DNA from: Gnetum montanum | Lineage: Eukaryota > Plantae > Gnetophyta | Length of the DNA stretch: 64,000 bases | Reading direction: 5' to 3' | Assembly: GCA_015680685.1 (NCBI GenBank) | Contig: MNCI01002242.1 | Coordinates: forward strand, 275,042 to 339,041 | Shown: in pieces, positions 12,200-24,650 of the stretch | Numbering within the stretch: the first letter of the stretch is position 1 | Layout of the letters: the number at the start of each line of letters is the position of its first letter | Translations under genes and position numbers: made by a program | The notes under the pieces: generated by a model | What the model saw: only the letters and a program-made list of their open reading frames with translations | Database searches by the model: none | What the model was told of the DNA's origin: nothing

Positions 12200-12704
12200 A
12201 CACGTAATACAAAAAGGTAGATGAAGCAGCTATGAGGTGAAGGGTCTATGAACATGCAGAGAAAGGGTTCAGTGCAAGTAGAGCAAGGTTTAGGTGTTGC
12301 TAGTCTAGTCTCTCCAACGGGATAAGCAAAGCATGGATAGGCTAGTGTTGATAGCTTTTGGCTTTGAGTTCCATCAACAGTGACTCGTGAACACCCCATT
12401 GCCTTATGCAATAGCACCTACATCTGTAGTGCCCACACCACCATCATCTAGGGTAGTCAATTGAAGAATGTTTTTATGATCATACCTATTCCCATGCAAC
12501 CATGGCCTTCATTATTGACCTTGATCATGCACTCTTTGGCCTTGTCAGATGCTACAAAGATCACATGCAAGTTAACATTGCTGGCCAATGGTCTCCTTAC
12601 AAAGCAAAACATGGTTTTATATGTCCTTGGGTAGGATATGATACCACCATTACATGCAATTCTTTTACACCTTCACCTTTTTCTTTCTACTTCTCTACAC
12701 CCAT
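12200..12704 (-). pseudogene. Captured 5' fragment of a family-1 UDP-glycosyltransferase
   Basis: MGVEK*KEKGEGVKELHVMVVSYPTQGHIKP, frameshift, MFCFVRRPLASNVNLHVIFVAS, later ILQLTTLDDG and LLMELKAK. Matches the UGT N-terminal H.....P.QGH.NP signature. Left boundary approximate. Confidence 0.75.
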
Positions 12705-14195
12705 CTCCCCTATTATCTTCAATTCCAATGGACTAAGACTCTTATTTTACCGTATCAACATAATCAACTAAAAAAAATGTGGTATTGGTATTTTGTGGCT
12801 AAGGCTAGTAGTTGTGGGTGCATGGTGTGATGATGAAGAAGGTTTGCATGATTTTGGCCCTTCTTGTAGGGCTGCATAGCGCCTCCCAAGGCTAGTGAAG
12901 CTAGCTTGTAGCTTGGCCTAGTCTAGCCAGGCCACAAGGCAATATATATGTAAAGAATATATGTTACTTTGTACTTGCCTTGGTGGTTAGCAAAGTGGAT
13001 CTTAAGATTGTTGTTTAATAATTAAGAAGTCGTGAGTTTTATTTCAACCCCTAAAATTTATGACTTTTTGTTATAACTTTTTAATATTATTTTATTCTAC
13101 GTTGCCTTGGTGAATGATGTGGTGGTTCGGCCAATGATAGGATGTGAATTTGATTTGGGTAAAGGGAGATTCTACACTTGATTCTTGATCCTAAAATTTT
13201 GAATTTTTAAAAATAAATAATTTAATAATGTTTTATTTAATTATTTATTGTTAATTTTTTTAAAATGCAAACATAACAAGAAAATTAAAATGATAATGTC
13301 TCCCAAAATGTGAGTCCAATTGGGACAAAATTTGTACCATTAGAAACATCTCGAGGAGTACTATGTGTTGGATATGGTTTTAGGATCAAAAACTATGTTA
13401 GATTTTCATGATTTAAAAGGATTGAAACAGCTTATTTTTTGAATTAACATTCCTAGGCTAACATATATAGGTAACATAATAACTTACATATGACTTGGAT
13501 TTTATTGTAAATGATGTACCAACCCTAGAATAGGAATATAATATTTATACCTTATAATTTGACAAGTATGATGGTTATACCTTCTCATATTATGGTTATA
13601 CCCTGATGACATACTGAGAAGATTATGACAACATCATTCACCAAGTATTGGTTTCCGTGGAGGGATGAGACAATCCTATGGATGAGTTGATTTCCCTTAA
13701 CTTATTAATACCTAGGTCTTAGGTATGGTGAATAATACCAAATTACAAAGATTAAGCACTTAGGATAATGAGTTTCAACAAAACAAGATCAATTTAGGTC
13801 ATGGTTGCTAACCTTTTGGGAGAATCTTAATAATGACCTTAATCAATTAACATTCTAGCATCACTATAAGATGGGTAAGAGTTACTAGGATAGGTGTGTG
13901 ATTTTCTTACCAACATCTCTTGTAATTGATGAATCTTAATAAAGTGTACTCAAATATTCCTTGATCAATGATATTCATAAATAATTTTTTTGGTTGGTGG
14001 GATCTATGCCTCTTGTAGATGCTTGATCCACTGTTCATGAAATCAATGAAACAATATATTTTAGCTTACATAGATCATCTTAGACATGTGGCACATCTGG
14101 TGGTGGTCCATGATGCTTTCTAGCTCTTGGCTCCTTGGTTAATCATTAGATTGTAGTCAGCCCATGGTTCTAAATGGTCCTTGATTCATGGTTTT

Positions 14196-14206
14196 CTCTG
14201 ATACCA
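14196..14206 (-). other. Primer-binding site, initiator tRNA-Met
   Basis: Minus TGGTATCAGAG, 2 nt from the LTR end. Confidence 0.9.
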
Positions 14207-14208
14207 AA

Positions 14209-14826
14209 TGTGATATCCCATTCCCAAATGTCATGGAAAACACCAAATATACATTATATTAGACATTAGGCATAAGAAGATAANTACCAAATATACATTA
14301 TATTAGACATTAGGCATAAGAAGATAATGTAGAAAACATCAAATATATGTAACATTCGACATTAAGTGTAAAGAAAATAATAGGGAAAATGTAGAAGAAA
14401 AAAAGAGAAGAATGCTTTATTAATGTGAAATAGTATATCTGGATCATGTTCTAAGAGTTTCCTTAGGGTTTTCTTCCTTCGACATTTTTTCCTTAGAGGA
14501 AATTCATCATTGCCACCATGGTTAGGCCTACAATTGGCTAGAAGGGATGGCTAGTCCTCTTCATTTCTTGCTTCACCTAGCACCTGTGACTTGCCTTTAC
14601 TGGCTCTGCAACTCTATGCTAATATGACCTCTAATGTTCAATTATAAATACCTTAGGTCAAACCTCCAAAGGTCAACTTCAGAGCCATGTTTGTTATTAA
14701 AACATACCCTTTTGGGTCTTAATTACAACTCCACTTTTGAGTTTTGTTATGATAATGATAACACTTATAATGAAGAGGCACCATCTTTGCTATGCAGCAA
14801 CACCATTTGGGAATGGGGATATTACA
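14209..14826 (-). repeat. 5' LTR of cargo element
   Basis: Plus TGTGATATCCC...GGGGATATTACA. Shares the GATAATGTAGAAAA variant with the 8854 LTR but not with the solo LTRs. Contains an N at 14284. Confidence 0.9.
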
Positions 14827-16990
14827 TCTATGAGATCATAGTCATTTCGGCAATAACAACAATGGTATCATCTTCTAATTTTAGTTTCTTCAAGATTTAT
14901 AATGTCATGGACCTAAGGAGAAATTAGAGATTTTCAGAAGGAGTAAGCTTGAAAGACTACAAAATGGCCTATACCAAATGAAAGCTAGGCTACCTACTTA
15001 CACTTGATATGTTCAAGCTCATGGAATAGTATGAGTAAGCTAATGATTTACCACCTTTCCTTCTTAATCTAGATCATCCAATCCAACTAGATAATAAGGA
15101 AGCTAATAAAATCAATAGGTTTATTATGGAGTAGGAAAATATGTAACAATGCCTACATCTATAGATTGAGAATGCTAGGATGAAAATCATTCTCGACCAA
15201 CCTCTTAGTTCTCATATTATTCTTAAAGGAAGGAGAGGAAGAGGAGGCTTCAAATCACATATTCATCTGCTAGGAGAAGATAAAGAACAATCAATAGGAG
15301 ATCTTGACAAAAGAAATTCTCTATGATATTATATCCATAACATTAGCATCACAACTACTTCAAATAATTTTTTTAGATCTATTTCCCCTACAACAAAACC
15401 ACTTAGCCTTCCTAAAAGCTCTATTCCTTCTTACTATTTTTTCCCTCCCAATAATGATAGTAATTCCCACTTCATATTTCAATCCTATATTCCATCTTTT
15501 GGATCCACATATTTTATTCCTCAACTATAATCTACCATACCTTCTTTTCAGTCCATTCCACTTTCTACTTCTATCACTCTACCACTATTCAATCTTTTTA
15601 AACCTGTTAGCATACTTTCTTTTCCAATATACCCACCCACCTCAGTCTTATTGGGTATACTTTATTCTACAACCTTAGGATCCATTCTATATGTACATCC
15701 TCCTTCAACACCATCACCTACTACCATAGCTTAATATACCCTTTATTCTTCTAGAAGAAATCAACAACTATTAGCATTGCTCAACGATATGATTTTTTAT
15801 CTCTAAAAAATTAAAGATAAAGTAGCAAAGATGCTAAACATATAAGGGAATTCTATTATTTTCTTGAATTGGATCTTGAGTGATCCTATAAGCTTTTCCA
15901 TTTCTTTGATAGTTCTATTGAAAGAAGATTCATTGCTATATTTCATAAACTACCATGGTGAAATAGGGGACCCTATGAATCATGTGGTTACATTTAGAAA
16001 TAAATACATGATTCTAGTTCCTTACTCACACATTGTGTTAAGGTGCTCTTCCAACTCTCTTTTTGGAAGAGCTTTATAATGGTGTAGGTCCTTAGTATGT
16101 GGTTTAATTACCTCTCTAGAGTAATTATTGGTAGCTTTCATTGAGCACTTTAAGTTTAATGTCCCGCAAAGCACAACTATCATGTCTTTTGTTTTCGTTA
16201 AGAAAGCTCCAAATGATCCTATTAGTAAATGTATTTCTTGATGGATAACATCAATTAAAATGCCATATCATTTGAAGTAATATCATTAACAGGATATTTT
16301 AAGATATGATAATTGACTACATTAAGAAGAGGATGGCTTGTCCTAAGCCTCATTCTCAAAATGATGCTTTCCTAGCTTCTAGACATAATGAAGAAGCTAT
16401 TATTTAACATGGTTATTAGAAGTTTTTGTCAATCCATAACAAAGCTAACTAGGTTGTAAAACAAGAGAAGGGACAACCAAACTTTTGAGGTATTTCTTCT
16501 TTTTCTAAGGAACAAAACAATACTTCCTAAACTACTTCATCTTTCACTTAGCAACACAGATCTTAAATGAGTAGAAATTAGTACACCAAGATACCTATGA
16601 AGTACACCCTACATTTGAATAATGTTCTTAAGGATGATACCTTATGAGAAACTAAGTCTCAAATCAAGTGGGAGCATGCTATCGTCACATTCTATGGATC
16701 CTTTTCAAAGGCAAGAAGGTAACCCTGAGATACCTAAGTGACATAACTATTGGAAATATTGCTATTATTATGAGACTACTAGACATGACATAGATAACTA
16801 TAAGAATTTGAAAGATGACATCTAGGATCTCATAGATAATTACAAGATAGTGGTGAAAAGTGATCCACACATGATGCATTCAAATAATCAAAAGCTAGAA
16901 GTGTTTCAGAATCCCTTGGCAGATGGAGGTGCCATTTTGTTATAGGAACATCTCTTCTGATTCCCTTTGTTCCTCCCCTATGTTTGTGTC

Positions 16991-17892
16991 TGTAGGTTTT
17001 GGCCTTAATGAAGATGTCTTGGCTAAGACTTTGGGTTGATAGAAGACATCTTGTTGGGAATACAATCTTCTTGAGGAAGACATCTTACAATAGATAAGAC
17101 ATCTTGCCTAACACATCTCCCATTAGGAGGAGACGTCTTGCCTACATAGGAGACATCTCTCCTAAAAGTTGATTTTGACAAGAGACATCTTGCTAAGGCT
17201 AGAGGGAACCATATTACTAGGAAAACTTCCAAAATCACTTGTTCTAATTTGGAAAGTAGCGAGGGTATGTTGAAAAGGAAGGAAATAGTCATGAAGAAGG
17301 TAAAAAGACATGGAAACCAATTGAAGAATCTCAAGATGAGTTGAGGAAAGGTTTCTAGGTTTATTATCTTCTTTTCATCTATAAATATTGATGTAATTCA
17401 TAATTATTAGTACCATGAGTAAGAAAGAGCTCTTAAGTATGGAAAGCTTAGCAAGAGAGCATGTGAGAGCATATTGAGTGAGTGTAATTAGGAATTATAA
17501 CTTCAAGATCAATTTATGGTTTGTTGGCTTGTGTGTTCTAGTCTCTTATATCTTGTGAATCAAGATCTCAGTTCTAGGTTATGGGAGAGATTTTCTGTTG
17601 GTTGTGTCTTGCATTGAGAATAACCATTATGTGGTGTAGAGCCTCATGCTTTGCAATATCATTTGAGTAAGAAAGGTTTTGAATGTTATGGATTTTGAGA
17701 ACCCTATTATTGAAGATAGCTAGTTTTCTTGTTTTCTAATAAATTAATTATATTTTCATAATATCTAGATTTAGTATGTGAAGGTGATTAATTATCGAAG
17801 TAAACTTGCTTCATATTTTATCTTTCAAGCCTAAATACAAGCTTGTAACTTACTGACTAGGGGACCTTACACCATCTACTAGTCTAACTACA
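16991..17892 (+). repeat. LTR-like insertion (probable solo LTR)
   Basis: TGTAG...CTACA ends, AGACATCT/AGACGTCT array, CTATAAAT at ~17380; interrupts a gag region. No convincing TSD. Confidence 0.5.
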
Positions 17893-18284
17893 AGCATCCT
17901 CAATAGTCATCGTCCCAATCTTAGAATTCTTATATGATTTATTTGTCTAATTATGTTACTACATCATCAAGGACAAAATATTCTTCTTTTTCTTCCTATT
18001 GTATTCATGCTATCAATCCCATTGTTCCACTTCCATTACTTAATTCATCCATCCTTCCTATTATCTCTTATTCCATGCTACACTAAATCCCAAAACATTC
18101 CTTCACTTACTATGTTTTAGATATTAACTCATCCTTTTCCATCATTGTAAGTAAAAATTCTTACCTATAGCTAATAGACCAATGAGTCACAATTAGACAA
18201 GTAGAAGGAGTAGGTTATTGATGCATAAAAGCAACCTTCTAAGACATTAAACAAGGTTTTTGTTTACAACAACAATAAGAGACT

Positions 18285-18850
18285 TGCCATATCCCCATTT
18301 CCAAATGATGCTGCTGCATAACAAAGATGGTTCCTCTTCATAACAAGTGTTATTGTCATCGTAACAAGACTGAAAAGGACATTTGTAGTTAAGAGCCAAA
18401 AGGGAATGTTGTAATAATGGATGTGTCTCTTGAGATAACCTTTAGAGGTTTGACCTAAAACATTTATACCTAGACTTAGAGGTCATGCTAGCATGGAATG
18501 GTGGTAAGGCATGTCACGGGAGCCTAGTGAAGTAGGATAGGGAGTGGATTGGCCATCACTTCTAACCATTTATAGGCCTAACCATGGTGGCAGTGTTGGA
18601 TTTCCTCTAAGGGGATAGATGTTGAAGGAAGAAAACCCCAAGGAACACTCTCAAAGCATCATTCAGATATTCCATTCTATATTAATAAAGCATTCTTTTC
18701 TTTCTCTTTCTACAGTTTCTCTATTATTTCCTTTACACATAATGTCAAATGTTACATATATTTCACATTTGGTATATTCTCTTCATATGCATAATGTCTA
18801 ATATATCGTATATTTGACGTTTCCATGACATTCATGAATGGGATGTCACA
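18285..18850 (+). mobile_element. Solo LTR of the cargo-element family
   Basis: TG...GGGATGTCACA, reverse-complement homolog of 8854-9423; perfect TSD AGACT (18280-84, 18851-55). Confidence 0.9.
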
Positions 18851-20443
18851 AGACTACTTCTTCAAGTAGCCTTCCATCTTCATCTAATCCTGTATAGCCA
18901 ACCATGTTGGCCCCTACACCATAAGTATCTTAGCCTACATATAATAAAGTATTACAAGAAATAATAATAATTGTATATTACAAAAGCACTAATTTATCCT
19001 TGTATGATCTTGTAGCAATCTCTAAAGAACATCATGCTACATTATATGATGTTTTTAAGAGGATTGTAGTTGCAAGTAACATTCTTTCCTAGATAGAGGC
19101 TATATCTACCTTTCTTTAAGTCCTCCATTATGGATTAGATAGTTTGAACTTCCATGGTAAGAACATCAAGATTGATGTGAAGACAAGAGATATCTATCAG
19201 CTACAAATCTTCATCACCATCAAGGTATCACTTGAAGCTTTAGTTCCACTCATACATGTTGATGATGATGCCAAATATAACATGATCACATGGATTGTTA
19301 TATAGCATCTTAGTATTCATGATTAGGTAGCTTTCAACAAATGTGTACTAACCACATTTTCATTAATAATACATGAGTAGAAATTATAGGTTCTATCAAG
19401 TTACCATTCATGGTGGGTGATTCTATATAGTTTAAAGCTCTTTTCATGGTCATACGTGAGTGTACTAGTATCAATAGAATACTAGAATTCCCTTGGCTAG
19501 TTTAGCATTAAGTTTTATCCTATTTTATATATCAAAATATACAAATCCATATTCATAATCATGAGATAGTCATCTTACCAAAAAAAAACATATCCTAGGT
19601 GTTTCTTACTTAGATTAGGAATCTTGCCCTTATCAGCTTAGTGGAAAACTAGTTAATATCAAAGTTAAAGCTACAGGTAAGCCTATAGTTCCCTTTTCTT
19701 CTAAAAACTCTATTTTTATTACAAATATAGTAGAATTAAGTGATGAGAATATTTCTAATTTTGAGTTTGCTAATTTACTCTTTAGAGAACTTGACATATT
19801 CTTGTCTAAAAAGAAGGATTTTTCTTATTTAAAATTCATAGCAAAAAAAATAACTTTGGATGCTTAAGCTTTAAAATGTTTAAAATCTTTGTTTGGAACC
19901 TCTTTTACATGGTGGAAATCTACTAGCACCTATTAGAGATACTTTTGATGTCTCTTATGCTATTTACTATCATCAAGCAATGATGATTAGTGGATGGATT
20001 GACATTAATTCTCTACATAATTTTTTATAATCATTCTAATACATAAATATTTTCAAAGATGAACTATAGTGTGTCATAATAGTTTGAAGTTATACATTGT
20101 TTACACTTGTTTACCACTTTCCAAGTGGTGAATGTCTACTAATTCCTATTACTAACTCTCTTAATTGCTTATTATTAATCCATAATGATAATTTAATAAG
20201 CTCTTACTTAACTTTATGACATTATATTAATTTCATAAATATAAATAGTACACAAGTGGTTAACTTGAAATGAAATGAAAAATAAACTTTATTTTCATAA
20301 ATAATCTTTACAAATGATGCACATTAGAATATTCAACATGATACCTTGTTTCTTTGGAATGTCAAACACACTTGATGTTTTATAAAGAATCTTTTCTAAG
20401 TCAAACATAGATGACACATAAAAAATAAATATAAAAATAACTC

Positions 20444-23400
20444 TTAGTTTCCTCTTCTTCTTCATCAATTTACATAAGAGTAGTTCATCTGCTGGTTTCT
20501 AGATACTTTCCCTAGGATCTACACACAAAATTAAAGAAAATATGTTATTAATCTTATTTACCATGTCAATGAGATGAAATAAAATAGCTACCTAAAATTT
20601 TTATTCTTACACTATGTCTCCTTAGATATCTCTAATATTCTTTGTTATATCTCCTTCAAGCTTAGATTGGTTTTGTCTAGTGTATTAAAAGCTAAACTTG
20701 GAATCCTTGATAGGATGCTTGGCTATACTTCTTAATACATTTTTTATTCTTTTGGTATAATTTCACCATCATTCTACTCTTTTGTAGCTTCCTCTTGTGG
20801 CCCTCTCTATTGTTCTTCTAGTATGGTAATTACCAAAATATTTGCAAAATCTTCAAATAGCTCTTCTAACTTGGTCTATTTGATAAACATACTTCTTATT
20901 TCTTTATTCACAAGAAAAATTTTATTCTTCTTCAATAGCTTAAGGAACTTTCTTTTGTATCACTACTTATTTGTTTGGTGCTTCCTAGCCTACCTCTTTA
21001 ATGCTATTGTAGAGTTTTTAAGACTTTTCATGGAATGAGTTATTGCTAAAGCTGATATATTTCACTCCATTAACACTATTTAAAACTATAGAAATTTTTT
21101 CCTTTCTCTTCAATATGCATGGGAAGGATGGTTGTACTTGATCATGTTATTGCTCCTTATTTTTTCTTCTAGGAGCTTTACCTAGTCAGAAAAGATCCTT
21201 ATTTATTGATCATTTTCTTCCTTCTTTTTGTGTGCTTAGTTCAAGGAGTCTGGGAGCATGATATTTGTGTTGGATTATTCTATAGCTAATACTTCCATAT
21301 CCTTGTCATAAATGAGGCTTGTGCTTATTTTTTCTGTATCTACTCTCTCTATTGCCAAATCAACATTTACTGTTGGATCATGAAAGTTACTTATTTCTTA
21401 TGTATCTTAATCTTTATTTTTGCATCATAAATGAGAGAACATTAGATTTTGTATTACTAACAATGAATAATATTCTACAATAATAATGTTGAAATTGCTC
21501 ATCTCTTTCCAGAGAGGTCAATTTTAGCTTTCTCTCCATATCATCTACTAACCCTTCCAACATCATCTACTTGTCTTTTACATAAGCCCATATTTTTCTT
21601 TTAATCTATGAAAAAGAGAAGAAAATGGTTAACTATTTTTTACATCTATAGAATTATTATGTAATCTTTGATATGACATACATTACACTTACCATTTGAT
21701 GTAAAAAGATCTGAGCTTTTTATCCCCTTTATCCTTTTGCAAATGTCTGAATAGTTCAAAATTAATTTTTTTGATGGAGAAACATTTGTAGAAAGTAGAG
21801 GTAGGATCTCCCATTCTTGAGGCTCATCCCTTCTTCAGCTCTTGCTCTTCTGATCTTCTTGTCTTGTTTTATCATGGTTTAAAATAAAGAGGTTATAAAA
21901 AGAAGTTAAACTTTCTCTATTCCCTTCATTTTCCTCTAATGAAAATAAGTCATCCAAGAAATCCATCTCCTCTATTATCATATCCTCCTTTTGACCTTTA
22001 GAGATCAAAGGAAGGTTCGAATGTAGCTTCTTTGCTTTCCATTTCATTGCTCTTCTATTGGAAGTAGCTTTTTCAAAATAACCAAATGTTAGTCTCATGT
22101 CATTCTTTGTCCACATTGAAACCAAAAATTATGCTATGTTAATAATACTTAGTAGATAGTAGATTAGAAAAACTTACTTGGTCATTCCTCTAGCTTCTCT
22201 TGGGAGACCTTTATTTCTAAGATCTTTTTAAGGAGATGTCTTCCTATTTAGAAAGAGGTTTTGTGACATCCCGTCCCTAAATGTCATGGCAAACATTAAA
22301 TATACATTATATTAGATATTATGCATAATAAGATAATATACCAGACATCAAATATATGTAACATTCAACATTATGTGTAAAGGAAATAATAGAGAAAATG
22401 CAAAAAAAGAAAGAAAAGAATGCTTTATTGATATGGAATAGTGTATTTGGATCATGCTCTAAGAGTGTTCTTTGGGATTTTCTTCCTTTGATAGCTATCC
22501 CTTAGAGGTAATTCAACATTGCCACCATGATTAGGCCTATAACTTGACTAGAAGGGATGGCCAATCCACTTCCTATCTTACTTTACTTGACTCTTGTGAC
22601 TTGCCTATACCTGCTTCACCACTCCATGTTGGCACAACCTCTAAGCCTAGGAATAAATGCCTTAGGTCAAACCCCCAAAGATTACCTCAAGAGACATGTC
22701 TGTGATTACAATGCATCCTTTGGGTCTCAATTATAACTACCCTTTCAAGTCTTGTTATCATAATGATAACACTTTTTATGAAGAGTCACAATCTTCATTA
22801 TGCAATAACATCATCTAGGAATGGGGATGTTATAGGTTTCCTTTTTCTTGAAGGTCATCCCTTATCCATAGTTTCATATATGCTTTCCAAAATTCCTTTC
22901 TTTCCTACTTATTTATCTCTATTTATTTATTTATTTTTGTGAGCTTCCTAAATGCTTACTGAAATTGATAAATCCATCTCTTCCTTAATCTTTGACACTA
23001 ATGTCAAAGGACCACTACCCTTGATGCTTTAAGTAGAAATTCTAATTATTAAGTGTTGTCATAATGGAGATCTAAAGTTCATTTCAAAAGTAACATTAGA
23101 TTACTTTTCTTTGTCTTCAATAAATAATGTTTTCAAAACCCTTATTAACTCATAATAAAATCCAAAATATAGTTGCTTACTTACCATCTTCTTTTTTCCC
23201 TTCTTGTCCTCTTTGGGTATCTTGTCCATTTCTTTAACCATTTCTCAAAAGATAAATAGTGTTTAGTTAGCTATTATTTCTTGGGATATTGCCCCATATA
23301 GCCAGTACAACTACCTAGAGACCAACTTCTATTTTTGACTTCTCTTATTATAGAATATTTTTTCAATGAACAAAGAAAATAATTTCTTCAACTCTTCATT

Positions 23401-23640
23401 AATTTCCTTATGTATATTGATGACATCTTTCTTTTCCAATCTCACTCGTTCTTTCACAACTAATAGTTCCACTAAATCTAGTTTAGAACTATTGATCTTT
23501 ATTCTTCTCTTAGGAAATCCTAACCGATACCTTAGTGTAGCCAGGTTGCAAGCAATAATAACTTGTTTCTATTCTATACAAACCACAAAAGCTACTCCAT
23601 TATTTGTCAAGTCAATCAGTTTATTTTGTTTGAAAAAAGT
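20444..23640 (-). pseudogene. Multi-intron TE-associated gene (N-terminal putative plant transposon/env-like domain, C-terminal coiled coil)
   Basis: GT-AG introns at 23115-23184 and 21606-21692, donor GTAAGT at ~22178, acceptor TTTTGTGTGTAG at ~20519. Exons read LRYRLGFP, IIAN*TLFIF*EM, LHYDNT and Lys/Glu-rich heptads. Confidence 0.6.
22262..22834 (-). mobile_element. Solo LTR of the cargo-element family
   Basis: Plus TGTGACATCCC...GGGGATGTTATA; perfect TSD GGTTT (22257-61, 22835-39). Confidence 0.9.
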
Positions 23641-23713
23641 TAGTCAATAATCCCATGCCTTCCCAATTTTCTAAAAGAACTTGAGGATGAGTTTTCATTC
23701 AATTGTGGGAGTA

Positions 23714-24619
23714 TGATGAGTCATGTTCAATTGGCTACATTAATGAGGCCTCGTCAATGAGGCCTAGTCGATGCATCTTATCATGCATCGATGACGCCTC
23801 GTCGACGTAGTGTAAGTTTTTAGCTATAAATACGTGCCTACTAGCAACATTTATGGCATTAGAGATTGTAGTTGTACTGAAGCTCTTACAGTTTTTCTAT
23901 TTCAAAGTTAGAATTTTTCTCCCAAGTGCCCACAGCAAGAGTCATCGAGTGTACAAATCTTTATTCAAGTATTGTTGTACTTGAGCATGATAGTGTGTGT
24001 GGCAATAAAGACAAGCTTTCTGATAAACCTTACAGTCCTTTAGATAGATTAAATATTTTTTATGCATTTAATATTTTCAATTATTTATTCAATGCTTTCA
24101 GTTATTTATTAAATGTTTCCAACAATTAAGTTAATGAGGTAATTAAACAAGATAAATTACACACATAAGTACAACCACTTTGAGCGTAACACATATTCAC
24201 TTGGTAATCCTACTAGCATTATTGCTTGGTATGCCTAGTAGCGTAGCACTTGGTCGCCTAGTAGTGGATACGTGGGTTCAAGACATGTATGGAAAGTGGG
24301 ACTAGATGCTTATGTTAGGACTAGTTAGACATTAGTTAATTAGTTAAATTAAATTAATTAGTCCAACTACTTTATTTCTCTTCAAGTACCAAAATCATAA
24401 AAATACACAATGATAAAAATCATATACCTCAATTACACTTAACCATACCAGTGTACATCACAAGTGTAATTGGGAAGACAATGATTGACCTAAAGGCAAG
24501 ATTCACTTCCTAGAAGACTAGTGCACTAGAAATGATAAAGTCCATGGAATTCGACCGGATCATGCGTGAATGCTTTGTGATTTGTATGGTTAGATGTAGG
24601 GGTACCTCACCACTCATCA
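23714..24619 (+). repeat. Older Athila LTR with ~70 bp of upstream PPT region
   Basis: TGATGAG...CACTCATCA. Same subfamily as 30880-31933 (inverted). Upstream GAGGATGAG...TTGTGGGAGTA is homologous to the flank at 44685-44720. Confidence 0.85.
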
Positions 24620-24650
24620 ATAATAATGTTTCCCAAGGCTCTAAGGTAAC

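Larger units (their letters stand above)
8854..14826 (-). mobile_element. Non-autonomous LTR retroelement carrying CCR4-like and UGT cargo
   Basis: Direct LTR pair (8854-9423, 14209-14826), PBS 14196-14206, PPT 9424-9438. Flanks TTTGT/TCTAT are compatible with a decayed TCTGT TSD. No gag/pol motifs recognised internally. Confidence 0.85.
14900..19700 (+). mobile_element. Tat/Ogre-like gag-protease remnant, interrupted by two insertions
   Basis: YHGEIGDPMNHV...SLFGRAL*W...LE*LLVAFIEHF (~15950-16150), HIDNYKNLKDDI*DLID (~16790-16840), protease-like IHVDDDAKYNM (~19250-19285). No RT follows. Boundaries approximate. Confidence 0.65.

Noticed and set aside
14242-14327. ~42-bp direct duplication in the 5' LTR
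   Set aside because: It straddles the N at 14284 and is absent from the partner LTR, so it is most likely an unmerged contig overlap.
24620-24645. Possible decayed PBS after the 23714-24619 LTR, implying a shared internal LTR
   Set aside because: Too many mismatches to support, and no gag follows.
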